64,000 bases of DNA from Eledone cirrhosa (taxonomy: Eukaryota). The stretch's first letter is position 1, and every line of letters begins with the position of its first letter. The stretch spans positions 32,860,001 to 32,924,000 of the forward strand of contig OZ024753.1 in assembly GCA_964016885.1 (NCBI GenBank), in the 5' to 3' direction. Below are positions 14,680-32,340 of this stretch, piece after piece. The translations under genes were made by a program, and so were the position numbers. The notes below the pieces were generated by a model, which saw only the letters and a program-made list of their open reading frames with translations, was not told the origin of the DNA and did not search any database.

Positions 14680-15367
14680 CGGCAGGCTGTATTGGGTTAC
14701 ATGTTACCAGTAGCACTCGAGAGTAACCAGGGTAATCGTATACAGTGGGTGTGGTCAATCAACCGACGACCACCATGCACCATATGATCCGCCCGCTCAA
14801 CGTTGGTCTCAGTCCTGCTCGCTTAAAGCTTTCCGCAACTAGGTTCATATTCCACGTCCCTCTTTAAACCTTTTGGGCCGCTCGAAAAGCCGTGAATTTC
14901 AGGGTTGGTTCATTGCTCTGTGCCCATTGCTCGATGTTTTAAAATTGAAGAGCTGGTAACAAATGTCTGTGAAAAAAATATACAGTGGCTAGAGAGAGCT
15001 GAGATCGCAGATACATACTCCCCGGCAGGCTGTATTGGGTTACATGTTACCAGTAGCACTCGAGAGTAACCAGGGTAATCGTATACAGTGGGTGTGGTCA
15101 ATCAACCGACGATCACCATGCACCATATGATCCGCGCGCTCAACGTTGGTCTCAGTCCTGCTCGCTTAAAGCTTTCCGCAACTAGGTTCATCTTCCACGT
15201 CCCTCTTTAAACCTTTTGGGCCGCTCGAAAAGCCGTGAATTTCAGGGTTGGTTCATTGCTCTGTGCCCATTGCTCGATGTTTTAAAATTGAAGAGCTGGT
15301 AACAAATGTCTGTGAAAAAAATATACAGTGGCTAGAGAGAGCTAAGATCGCAGATACATACTCCCCG
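14680..15367. repeat. Near-identical 343-bp tandem duplication
   Basis: ggcaggctgtattggg starts at 14681 and 15024; both copies end gatacatactccccg. Confidence 0.93.
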
Positions 15368-15410
15368 ATTATTACGTGACATGTTGAAGCATCCCTCTAA
15401 TACCCACCAC

Positions 15411-15455
15411 ACTCTAAACCTGTTACTCTAAACCTGTTACTCTAAACCTGTTACT
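15411..15455. repeat. 14-bp tandem repeat (actctaaacctgtt) x3
   Basis: Direct inspection of the sequence. Confidence 0.9.
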
Positions 15456-17105
15456 TTTCTGAGATACCTCGTAATTACATATATATATATACATATATAT
15501 ATGTATATATATGCGTGTGTATAAATGTGGTGTGTGTGTTATTTTGTTTATCTTTTTGAATGAGCAAGTTTTTGGCATACAATCCTCGGAGCTGCGATAT
15601 GATTTCAATTCTTTTGATCTTTCCTTCTCTTGTGTGATACACAACATCTAAGTCTCTTTCCTGACTTCTCAAAAAAAATCATGCCATGTTTAAATTAAAC
15701 AAAATCCTGATCCACTTAATACATTGTAAATCTAGGAAACATTACATATCCTTTAGCTGAGATAGAAAATCAATTTTGAAAGTTTCAAGACATTGATCGG
15801 AATACCTACCCCGTGTAATTCCAAGAGAAAATATGTTGAAAGTACGATTTCAATTTCCCCTTCTTTTCTTGTTTGGGTTTGTTTGTTTGTTTGTTTTTAA
15901 CTGATGTAAATATTTATTCGCAGACATATTTGCCTAGAGTTACGGAGACGGAGTTTTAATGTTTGATTAAAATATTGATGCAGGCTGCTTCTACTGCTGT
16001 TGGTTCAGCTGACATTGATGTTTATGGTTATAATGGTGATGATGATATTGACGAAGTAATAATAACAACAATATCTCAAACATTGGAACAAGGCCATCAA
16101 TTTCAGAGATAGAAAGGTTGATTATATCGATCCCCAGTACTTAACTGGAAAGTGTGCCATAACAGCAAGCAAAGGCTGGCTTCTAATCTCATAAGTCCCT
16201 GTTGAACGTCTTGTGGGGCTGGAAAGGTTGCCAATACCGTAACAGAGAAGCCTCGAAAATCGTACAGGTACGTCCACTCTATGGGCAAGTTCGATTCCTT
16301 TATGATAACGCTCGTCCGCATATATAAAAGATGGCCCAAATCAATAAAAGCTTGAAAAACCGCGAAGAACCTTTATGTCAAACCTAATATAATATTTTTT
16401 AACCGACTTTTAGAAACATATGAAAGAGGTGTTTAGATCGTAATATGATATCTAGTTCTTTATTGATTTTTTTCTTGAGGTGGAGAGTGAAATAAAATAT
16501 GGACGGTTATTTGAAAACAAAAATTGTGTAAGGAAAATTAAAATGGCGTAATGGAATGTTATTATTATAATCAAAATAAACAGATTATTCTTCAGACATA
16601 GGGGCATTATTATTATTATATGAACTAATTAGTATTGCCAATAATAAACTATTCTTGCTTAACAGCAAGAAGGAACCTTAAATCTAGAGTGCTCAGCATT
16701 TTCAAAGAATGAATTATTACTCGCGTGTTATAATTCTTTAACGAAACGAAAGAAAATGGAATTAATCTTTTTTAATTAACAACACAATATTTTATTAATG
16801 TTTTTGTTTCCTTCCGTTAATGAGAATTCGTTTACGCAATAATTAATGAATTATGAATTTGTGATGAGCATTTCATAAATCGATAAAAATTTCTCCAACA
16901 AACATGTTCTTGGAGACAAATATAGTGATTATAGTTTTGTTATAGTTTGGTTACTAAGGATATTATATGTAGACTGTCGCGGATTAACACAAACGCGCTT
17001 ATACGCACAGAGGCATATATACAGTTTCTATATGGAGCTCAATGTGTGATATGTATTGATGTTGTATCAGCATAACATCCAACAAGAGTTAGCAGACAAA
17101 TGATC

Positions 17106-17145
<40 letters not shown>

Positions 17146-17344
17146 TATTACATTTTAAACTATATATGTCATGTTTGAAATAATCTCGAACATGCGCCTT
17201 ATCACCTAAGAATAAGCTCAAAGAAATATCCAAGAAATAAATCCGAGCATTTAATAACTACAAAATTGTGAATGACATATATATCTAATGATATATGTGT
17301 GCAATAGGACATATTAACTTTAAATGTATGTATATGTCATTTAC

Positions 17345-17420
<76 letters not shown>

Positions 17421-18117
17421 TTAAGGGTACTATTTATGGTTATGTATGCAATAAAACCTTTGATGGTAATATATTATATATACACAAACCCTAAATAGTG
17501 AGAGATAGTATATGCTGAACCACTGCGAATTATACGATAGACGCATGTTCTCTATATATATATTGCGTCTCATGGATTATGTGGTTGGTGGTGTGAGCAA
17601 GGACAGTGGTACGACCTTGCCTACGATACAATAAGGTTTATAGTATGTTGAAGGTTTTTGATATTTTGGTGTTTCCCCGCATCCGAGACTGTATATCATA
17701 CAGATGTATGAGAATTAATGACTTAGTAATTCAGAATATATTATAAGATCGATTGCCTGCTTCAACTGCCTGACCCTGCAAATATCATTCTGACGCACTC
17801 TAATCATGTATAGATAAGACAAGCGTGCATGCTACACGCGAGATTGCTTCATGCACTGACTACTCTAAGCTTTCCTCTTGCTTTATCTTCATAGACTGCC
17901 AACGCTTCATGTTTATCTTTATTTTCACTCTTGCTTTTATTTTATTTTATTTTATTTTATTTTTATCATGTAACACTTTATTTTTATCATGTAACACTTT
18001 ATATGTAAATTGCCATGCTATTTCATTTGATGAATGTCACCCCACTGTTGATCAATATGCACATATGTTTTATGTGTCTCTTGGGTTGAAAAGGAGGTCA
18101 AGTATGTTATAAATAAC

Positions 18118-18164
18118 TGCTCCGAAGAATCCAAACCTCGGTTTGGAGGAAACAATTGTAAGCA
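18118..18164 (+). ncRNA. HHR with CCGAAGA core (U4C)
   Basis: tgct CCGAAGA a-tccaaac-ctcg-gtttgga-g GAAA caattg T A agca. Palindromic stem III ACAAUUGU. Confidence 0.78.
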
Positions 18165-18778
18165 AATAAATGACTTAAACTGAACTTTGATTACTGTAAT
18201 TTCTCTCTCTATATATATATATATGTTTGTGTGACAGTGTTGTGTGTTCATTTGTTTCCCTTTACATAACTGTGTGGGTATAATGTCTGATCTGTATTAG
18301 ATCGTGACAAAGCTAGCGTTGCAGTTGGAACTGTAAGAGAGAGAATGGGCGTGTACGTTGGCTGACAATAGGTATGCGTAATTGTATGTGAATGTATATA
18401 TTTATACGGACACGTGTGAGCGCAGTTCAAATATTCATTTATACTTGTGCATAACTATACAGACACGTCTACTCAAATAGAAATTACCTTAATCTTTTGA
18501 AGGAAAGTATAGCGGTGGTAAATGCATGTCCATCGCGTTCCAGGCTATGTTAATCGATGTTTAATCAAAATACATCACAGTTGGATCGAAACCGGGACAT
18601 CAATCAAATATGTGTCCCGAAGCTTCTTGAATGTTTTTAATAATTAGGTGTCAAACAATTATAAAATTAATTATCACAAGAAACGCATGTTGAAAACATG
18701 CCAGCGATTCCAAAATGGCGTCAAAGCGAATATATATTAGACGTCAATATTAACTATGTTCAAACAAGCGACATTCCC

Positions 18779-18956
<178 letters not shown>

Positions 18957-19899
18957 ATATGTGTGTACACGTTCACACCCAGACACATGTACGTACACGT
19001 ACACATATATACGTACACACACACATATACATATATATATATATATATGTACACGTTCACACCCATACACATGTACGTACACGTACACATATATACGTAC
19101 ACACACACGCATACATAAACACATATATGTATACATAAAGAGAAAGATAAACATTCATATTCACGTTTACACTGTCATATCTAAATATATATTTTGTTTT
19201 CCTTCCCTCATTTGCCCCCGTTCAACAACCAGATTGGTTTATCTCGACTGTGCTCTCATCAATACATATATTTCGGAATATTACTTCAAGTAATGATATT
19301 GCCAGCTACCATATATCTACCATCTAATTCTCATAAATCATTTTATTTTATTTTGTTTTCATGTAATGATATATCATTTGATAACACTTTATATCATTTC
19401 ACTCATCAACAATTCATTGCAGCATATAAAAATTTAAATTCATCTAAATTATCTAAAATAATTGCGTATAAATTAACAAAAAAATAATAATAAATGGAAG
19501 ATTGAATAAAATAGAACAAATGGAAAGAAGTGTGAAGTAATTTTATGCAACAATTTGGTGGCAAACATTTCAGAAATTGGATAATAATTGACTGGAATCT
19601 GTGAAACAATAATTGATTTTTAACACATATTTCACGATGTTTTCAACGAATATGAAGCCGCTAATGATAATTTTAACGTGTTTGTGAGCAGCGAATTGAA
19701 GATTTATGTGTTTGTGTGGATTGTGGATGTGTGTTTCTATGATTTGTGTGTGGATATGTGCTATTCGGGACTATAACCGACTACACTTATTTAAGTTAAA
19801 GCCTCTCACGGGTTCAGAGGCTCATCAGCTGGAAGCTTTCTCTGGTGTCATTGTTGTTTATCGACTGCCAATACGAGATCTCCCATGGACATGACAAGG

Positions 19900-20070
19900 C
19901 GCTAATCCATTACTGGGTTAACCCCATTTGTTCATCCTAATTTTCAACTCAGCTGACTGGAGTGGTATGGATGAAGTGTTATTTATGCTCAAGAACAAAA
20001 CGTGACTCCTGTTTCAAGAATCAAACTCATGACATTACGATCATGAACCCAACATTCTAACCATTAGACT
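19900..20070 (-). mobile_element. SINE fragment (family of 10083)
   Basis: gctcaagaacaaaacg...gaatcaaactc is the reverse complement of the SINE head and core. Confidence 0.6.
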
Positions 20071-20149
20071 TCACTAATAAAATCATTGTGATCCATCATA
20101 TACTAGATACTTTTAGTAATACCGTTTGTAATAGAGGGTAGAATTAGAA

Positions 20150-20315
20150 ATAATTGTTTCTACTTTTGGCACAAGGCCAGCAATTATATCGACACCGTAA
20201 GGATGAAAGGGTAATTTAACCTAGGCGGGATTTGAAATCAGAATGGCAAGGGCCGTAACTCTATGCATCAAAGCATGGCGTCCAACCCTCTATCGATACT
20301 GCCAATTCACCGCCC
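20150..20315 (-). mobile_element. SINE (family of 24841)
   Basis: Reverse complement of ggcggtg..ttggcagtatcg..gtgccaaaagtagaaacaatt. Confidence 0.7.
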
Positions 20316-20501
20316 AATAGAATTAGAAATAATCTTAGGTAGATTCATTAATTACATTTTGTATATTTCAAATATATAAGTGCCTATTAAATAAAAACAA
20401 TGGTTTCTTCATTTGGCACATGGCCAGCCATTTGAAGGAAATGCAAAGCATATCATGGCGGGATTTGAATCCGGAATGTAAAGGGGTCTAGCTATCTCAC
20501 T

Positions 20502-20538
<37 letters not shown>

Positions 20539-22032
20539 TGGAATATTCCAGACGCCTATTTATCGTGGACAGTTTCAATCTGCAGAAGCTATTCCAAATT
20601 GGGTATACAATGATTCCGTGACTAAATGTAACCTGAATACAGCGATTGATGTTTAAATGCTCATCAGTTTTGCCACACTAACCATTATGACAATAGCTAA
20701 ACAGTTGATGGCCACTGCTATTTGTACTCTTACTTACTCAATATAAATAGAACCTTACATATGTCTTTGAAACTAGTCAAGCCCTACTGTCTTAAAAGAA
20801 GAAACTATTAAATAACATCGACTGAAATATATAATTTCTGAGAGATCATGCGAAGACATTTGTTCATAGCACTGCTTCCAGCTAAAGAATACAAAACAAC
20901 ACTATTCGTTTGTTGCGTCAGCGCTAGTACACCGGTTATAACGGATTTGAATTCAAACACACATTTGGCGATCAACATATCATTTAGATATTCTGGCGCC
21001 AAACAGGAAATTAGAACACGGTGTTGTTATAGATACAGCATTTGCAACAGAACAATGTCTTAGATATAATCGCTTAGAAGATGCAGCCGGCACATGGCGA
21101 TGTGTGTGTATACATGTATATATCTGTGGGGGGGGGGGGGTGCATGCGTCTATGTCTAGAAAGACAGAGAGAATTTCAGAATCAAAGAAAAGAAAAATAA
21201 TATATGGGGAAGTATCTTCTGAGTATTCAGAGGATTCATATGGTTTGTAGCAGTAGCATGACTGCTTCTAAATAGCCAAACTCTGGCGCAATAGATAAGA
21301 GAAACCGCCTATTCCTCGTTAGATATTTCAGTGAAATTTAAAACTTCAGTATAAAGTAAGTAACTTTTATGGAACATAGTTAATGAGTAGCAAGAGTATA
21401 AAGCTGAGGTATTCTTATTAAGAGAAACAGTAGGATGTTGATGTATATGGATCACCATATACAACGGCGGAAGGTATGCGCTCTGGTTGAATAAAGGCAT
21501 CTCATTTCCGTCAGTTCCAGGCTTCAGATTAAATTGAACAGTGATGTGGAGATGGCCGTTTTCCTTAACATATCGAATATGCTCTGCAAAAAATTAGCTG
21601 AAGGCACTGGCCTTGTTCAACAAGAAGTTACTCGGAATATTACTATATGAAGTGAGGCTCGCTCACAAAAACACAGCTAGGCGCATGGAATAGCCTCTAC
21701 ATAGGTGTATATATCTTTGTCGGTTGAAGCATATGATTACTCAATGGTCGTATATATATAAATAGCAAAATAACTAGCCGTAAGATTATGTAGATAAAAT
21801 TGCTTGTGCTATTTGTGTGCTTAAGAAGAGTTGTTCAATTGCGCCTGACAAAACCCTAGCTATATTCCTGCATACATTTAAGTTGAACAGATTAACAGAT
21901 CAACTTCATAGATCATTCAAGGAAATTCGACGATATTTAAAAGCCGTAGGAGAATTTCCAGTCAGCATTATCACATTCGAACGATTAGATGCGGTTTTGT
22001 TTGCTTAATACATGCATACACATACCCACCAC

Positions 22033-22097
<65 letters not shown>

Positions 22098-22957
22098 AAC
22101 TTTCGCGATTTCTCTTTTATTCTTTGTTGACTCAGATTTTATTTTCATTTATTTACATTAGTACAATGACATCCCAAAGTTGATAGTGGATCAAATTCGC
22201 AAAGTTTGTTGCAACACATATAACCGCTCTCATATACATATAGTATTAATGTGTCTTGCAAATAAACGTTCTTTAGTCTATTTCATGAAATTAAAAACAC
22301 TCCGAAAAAAAAAAAATGATTTATAAATACTAAAAGGAAATCAAGAAGCTTCTTTCATTACTCTGTCTGCAAGGGAATAACAACTACACCATCACCTCAA
22401 CCACAACCACCACATCATCAACAACAAATATACTACCACAACAACATCAACAACAATAATATGACTTCGTCTGCTTCGCTACATTTCTTGGGATTTCTTT
22501 GCCGTCTTACAGTGTTGTTGTGAATAATATGTATAACGAATCAATAAGGTCTTAGGCTCGAAATTAATTACTTGACAGATTCAATTGCCCAAATAAATAT
22601 CCTGTGATATTCTTATATTTGGTAATGTTGTTCACGTTGTTCTTTTACTTCTTCTTTATGAATATCTCTCGCTGAATTTATTGATGTCCATCCGCAGTGC
22701 AATAAATAAAACAGGAAGGATAACGCGAAGAAGAGAAACACCAGCAGCAACATATCCTTGCGACATTTCTCTTCCACAAAGAATTTACTTCCAGAGCATA
22801 AGAATGTATCCAAAATTGCGATAAGTAGCATCTGTTGTACTGTTATGTTCTTTCTGAGTAAATAAACCTGTAGATTTTTGTGCCGTAGATATTGCATTTA
22901 CCTCACACACACACGCCTATATGTGTATGTGTGCGTAAGTGTGTACGCGTCCGTGCT

Positions 22958-22990
<33 letters not shown>

Positions 22991-24134
22991 GTATATACAG
23001 AGAGAGACGCTCTTACTTAAAAGTCAAGTAAATTTATCATTTAAACAATGTGGAGGTTTTAAAATAACTATTTCATAATGGAAAAAAAACTTATGCTAAA
23101 CGGATGTGGTTCTGTGATGTAATGATTACGTTTGTGATGTAACGTCATTCACCCAACATACATACACACATATATCTATATACACGCATACACACAGATA
23201 TACATTTACGCACGCATACATACAAATACACACACATACACACACATACTTACATATGCATATAGTCAATTTTCCCGTTCAGGACAAGACAAGACTTCGT
23301 TATGTATGAAACTAACCAAATTCCAATATATACTTTGGAAAGTGATTTGTATCATAGATATATAACAAGGCATTATTCACAAGATACAACCAGCTAATAG
23401 CGCTACGTTTGAAGGAATTCCAACTATACAAATATTAAATATATCTGATGTAAATATTTTAACTTGTGAAATGTAAATATTATATTCTTAACGTCTATAG
23501 CGCTGAACTGAAATATGTATAAGACGATAATTACCGAGGGAAGCGGATGACCAAAGAGAAGAATGTCTCTAAATTGACCATCGAACGATAACACCGTTAT
23601 AAATCTACCAGTTACGAATAGCCATTATTTAATGCGCTTCACAATGGCAAAAGATTTGAAAGGCTTAACAAGCTACAGAAATTACATTAAAGATATTTGT
23701 AGTCGCCATTAAAAGCTGATTTGCAGCTAGCAAATGGTTAATCCTATCAAACGTGAACACTAAATTGATCTTGATCGGATTCAACAAAGCGTGTTCTAAT
23801 TCAAAAAAATAAAGGAACGGTTGCTCATTGAATTGCCAGGTAAGTGGTTGAGTATTCCACAGACATTTGTACACTTCGTGTAATTCACTAGGACGATTCA
23901 GCGTTCCCATGCGTAATAAGAATCACAGATTCCATACCAGGATAATTTCAAACAGTTTCCTCCCAATTTCACTCATAAGATATGGGTCTATCCGAGTTTA
24001 TGATAAAATTCACAGGCAGAGAAGTAGGGTGACCGTTCTCGTTGAGAACTTTCTGGAATCATACCGCATTTTAACGGTTTTTTATCACTCACACTCAGAC
24101 ACAAGCATATATATATATATAAATATATATATAT

Positions 24135-24460
24135 TTATATTGTTATACTTTGGGAGAGTCATGTTGCCAATAAGAAACACACGCACCAGTTGCATCACTT
24201 CAATTTATTATAATAAATTTATAAATGTAGGAATTTATAAATTTCCAGTTGCTTTCACTTCAATTTATTATAATAAATTTATAAATTGAGGAATTTATAA
24301 ATGCCCAGTTGGTTGGTTGATTCCACAACCAGATGGTTGTTTATGTATTGTCAAAGTTCTTTCGTCACACATTCTGTGACCTCTTCAGTGACTGGGGATT
24401 CTTTATTTGTTTTTGTGCCTCTCCTTTGTTCTGTCATACGCCATTTTGTTTCTGTGTGAC
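24135..24460 (-). mobile_element. PLE pLTR fragment (41-kb family) with HHR at 24350-24393
   Basis: Reverse complement reads gtca CTGAAGA ggtcacagaatgtgtgac GAAA gaac TT tgac. Confidence 0.85.
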
Positions 24461-24627
24461 ACAGATCTGCCTATGGGTAACCAATAGGCAGATCTCACAC
24501 AATGCAGCCTCGACAGATGAATACTGCTTGATTATGACTGACAGCTGATGCAACCAAGGCACCATAGTAAAAACCAATATATGGAATATTATATTATGTA
24601 ACATTATTTTAATTTATATTCCTTTGA

Positions 24628-24809
24628 GTTCCGATGAGCCACTCTGTTTTTTTAAATATGTTAATTATTTTCAACTGAACCAGATCAATTATGATATATA
24701 GTCAACTGAAACAGATCAATTATGATATATAGTCAACTGAACCAGATCAATTATGATATATAGTCATCTGATCCAGAAATATATATGGAGTAGTGAAACA
24801 ATTGTAAAC
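24628..24809 (+). ncRNA. HHR candidate with CCGAUGA core, stem II expanded by a 31-bp tandem repeat (24671-24776)
   Basis: gtt CCGATGA gccactctgt...atggagtagt GAAA caattg T A aac. Confidence 0.6.
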
Positions 24810-24840
24810 GGACATTATTATTATTAATATTATTATACAG

Positions 24841-25050
24841 GGCGGTGGATTGGCAGTATCGGTAGAGGGTCGGACGCCATGATTTCCAGCATAGTTACGT
24901 CCATTTACGGTCTGAGTTCAAATCCCGTCGAGGTTAACTTTGCCTTTCATCCTTACGGGGTCGATAAAATAAAGTACCAGTAATGCACTGGGTAATTGCT
25001 GGCCTTGTGCCAAATGTAGAAACAATTATGATTAATATTATTATTATTAT
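24841..25050 (+). mobile_element. tRNA-derived SINE with (ATT)n tail
   Basis: A-box tggcagtatcggtag, B-box gagttcaaatcc, tcgataaaataaagtaccag. Near-identical to copies at 44715 and 46177. Confidence 0.85.
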
Positions 25051-25314
25051 TTTTCTCTAGATTCCTTACGTCAAACTAAAATATGTTGCCAATCTTTTAA
25101 TAATGTCTTCCTTGTGAAATTTGTGGTCTTGTTTTGCTTAACTAATGAATATTTCCAGCTCTGCACACCTAACTTCTGCATGAACCCAGCCACCTAACTG
25201 CACATTGAGCACATGCCTTTACGCTTTGGCTTCTAACTAACTCACCAATCTTTCAGCTCATATCTCCTCTACTATCTCCATCTCTCTCTTTAAGATTGGT
25301 TACTCTTGAACCGG

Positions 25315-26900
<1,586 letters not shown>

Positions 26901-27013
26901 AGTTGAAAAAAAATGAAAACGAAATTTCATTTCTCACTCTTAGTATGGCACTTACTTAATGTAAGTATGTATGTATACGTACATACATATATGTATACAG
27001 ACGAACAGTAGCA

Positions 27014-27066
<53 letters not shown>

Positions 27067-27186
27067 GCATACAGGTACACATACATATATGCACGCATCA
27101 GTTTAGCCGACGTTTATTATAACGCCGGCCGCTTTGTTCGTTTGTTTGTCAACAAAGCGAACGTTCAACTATCTGGCAGATGGGTA

Positions 27187-27231
27187 AACGGTGCTGATGA
27201 TAGCTAACAAGCTTGAAACTAGTACATCGTT
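27187..27231 (+). ncRNA. Minimal type I HHR in a roughly 210-bp solo cassette (27095-27305)
   Basis: aacggtg CTGATGA t-agct-aaca-agct-t GAAA ctag T A catcgtt. Stem I is extended by ggg/cct, tggca/tgtca and gttcaac/gttgaac. Confidence 0.88.
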
Positions 27232-27320
27232 CCTGTGTCAGTGTTGAACAAAAAGGTAACGTGGTTGCCTTAACACCGTATGGCATAAATTCAGGCTGTT
27301 CGCTTTATATATATTATATT

Positions 27321-27373
<53 letters not shown>

Positions 27374-27381
27374 ATGTATAT

Positions 27382-27434
<53 letters not shown>

Positions 27435-27559
27435 GTGAATATAGACATAGAATATTCGAAAATATTCTGTATGTTTATAATAAACATTTTGAAGACCTAA
27501 TCGCTATAGAATAGAAATACGTCACGTATTACAATTAGATTCTCGATAAAGCAAGGGAA

Positions 27560-27602
27560 GTAATCTACGCGTTTCATTCTTGTTAGAAATCTTCAGGACT
27601 AC
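27560..27602 (-). ncRNA. Minimal type I HHR (array, inverted arm)
   Basis: Exact reverse complement of the + copies. Confidence 0.9.
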
Positions 27603-27864
27603 ATATCCAGTGCTTTTATCGAGAATGACACAGCTAGAGACTTATAGAATACTTAGCTGTGTACTGGAACTGGTTTGAAAGAGCGGTTGCCGGTCCGGCA
27701 GAAATTAGAAATTGGAATCAATGCTCTGAAATAGCGATATATATGTGAATATAGACATAGAATATTCGAAAATATTATGTATGTTTATAATAAACATTTT
27801 GAAGACCTAATCGCTATAGAATAGAATACGTCACGTATTACAATTAGATTCTCGATAAAAGCAA

Positions 27865-27907
27865 GTAGTCCTGAAGATTTCTAACAAGAATGAAACGCGT
27901 AGATTAC
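27865..27907 (+). ncRNA. Minimal type I HHR (array copy 1)
   Basis: gtagtc CTGAAGA t-ttct-aaca-agaa-t GAAA cgcg T A gattac. Stem III palindrome ACGCGU, GUA cleavage site. Confidence 0.9.
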
Positions 27908-28174
27908 TTCCCTTGCTTTTATCGAGAATCTAATTGTAATACGTGACGTATTCTATTCTAGAGCGATTAGGTCTTCAAAATGTTTATTATAAACATACAG
28001 AATATTTTCGAATATTCTATGTCTATATTCACATATATATCGCTATTTCAGAGCATTGATTCCAATTTCTAATTTCTGCCGGACCGGCAACCGCTCTTTC
28101 AAACCAGTTCCAGTACACAGCTAAGTATTCTATAAGTCTCTAGCTGTGTCATTCTCGATAAAAGCACTGGATAT

Positions 28175-28217
28175 GTAGTCCTGAAGATTTCTAACAAGAA
28201 TGAAACGCGTAGATTAC
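28175..28217 (+). ncRNA. Minimal type I HHR (array copy 2)
   Basis: Identical motif to copy 1. Confidence 0.9.
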
Positions 28218-28484
28218 TTCCCTTGCTTTTATCGAGAATCTAATTGTAATACGTGACGTATTCTATTCTATAGCGATTAGGTCTTCAAAATGTTTATTAT
28301 AAACATACAGAATATTTTCGAATATTCTATGTCTATATTCACATATATATCGCTATTTCAGAGCATTGATTCCAATTTCTAATTTCTGCCGGACCGGCAA
28401 CCGCTCTTTCAAACCAGTTCCAGTACACAGCTAAGTATTCTATAAGTCTCTAGCTGTGTCATTCTCGATAAAAGCACTGGATAT

Positions 28485-28527
28485 GTAGTCCTGAAGATTT
28501 CTAACAAGAATGAAACGCGTAGATTAC
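28485..28527 (+). ncRNA. Minimal type I HHR (array copy 3)
   Basis: Identical motif to copy 1. Confidence 0.9.
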
Positions 28528-28684
28528 TTCCCTTGCTTTTATCGAGAATCTAATTGTAATACGTGACGTATTCTATTCTATAGCGATTAGGTCTTCAAAA
28601 TGTTTATTATAAACATACAGAATATTTTCGAATATTCTATGTCTATATTCACATATATATCGCTATTTCAGAGCATTGATTCCA

Positions 28685-31770
<3,086 letters not shown>

Positions 31771-32067
31771 TTTTTTTCCTCGCACATATCCTCCCTTCGT
31801 TAATCTTCAAAATTTTTAATTTATACAGTATCTTCCAACGGTTTTCAACCCCTCTATGTAAAAAATATATCTCCTCTCAGTTATAAAAACTATCTCTTTC
31901 TCTCTATCACCCATCTCTCCCTCTCATCTCCTTCCCTTTTCATCCCCCCCCCTCTCTAAATAAAATATTTTTCCCAATATCACACATCAATCTAAAACCA
32001 CTTTTCATATGTTGATTTAAAACTGCACTATCAACAAGTGTTTTTTAGCCTTCATATCATGTTCTCC

Positions 32068-32138
32068 TGTTTTATCTGATGAAAACACAAATATTATTGC
32101 TTGATGATGTTTGTTTTTGAAATGCGCATAATAAAATA
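32068..32138 (+). ncRNA. Type I HHR with about 16-bp stem II
   Basis: tgttttat CTGATGA aaacacaaatattatt-gctt-gatgatgtttgttttt GAAA tgcgca T A ataaaata. Stem III palindrome AUGCGCAU. Confidence 0.8.
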
Positions 32139-32340
32139 TATGGAACTCCTTTAACCATCTTTTGATCTTATATTATGCATACTCCAGTCCCACAAACTGT
32201 AGAGTGCTTCTTATTCGATATCTGCATTGCTTTATTGTACTACAATAAAACTCACCTCCTACATATAAATATATATATAAATATATAAATATATATATAA
32301 ATATATATAAATATATATATATATATATAAATATATATAT

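Larger units (their letters stand above)
27431..28687. mobile_element. 310-bp HHR-containing tandem array (retrozyme/pLTR-like): about 1.4 units on -, then about 2.6 units on +
   Basis: HHR starts at 27865, 28175 and 28485 (period 310). Inverted arm at 27431-27864. Confidence 0.92.

Noticed and set aside
19255-19345. Minus-strand HHR-like remnant (TTTATGA...GAAAtatatgTA)
   Set aside because: Core and stem I are mismatched.
19795-19845. Minus-strand CTGATGA followed by a hairpin
   Set aside because: No GAAA or stem III follows the hairpin.
24671-24776. 31-bp repeats as a CRISPR array
   Set aside because: No spacers, and the context is eukaryotic.
24841-24935. tRNA gene
   Set aside because: The A/B boxes belong to multi-copy SINE heads, and no cloverleaf is evident.
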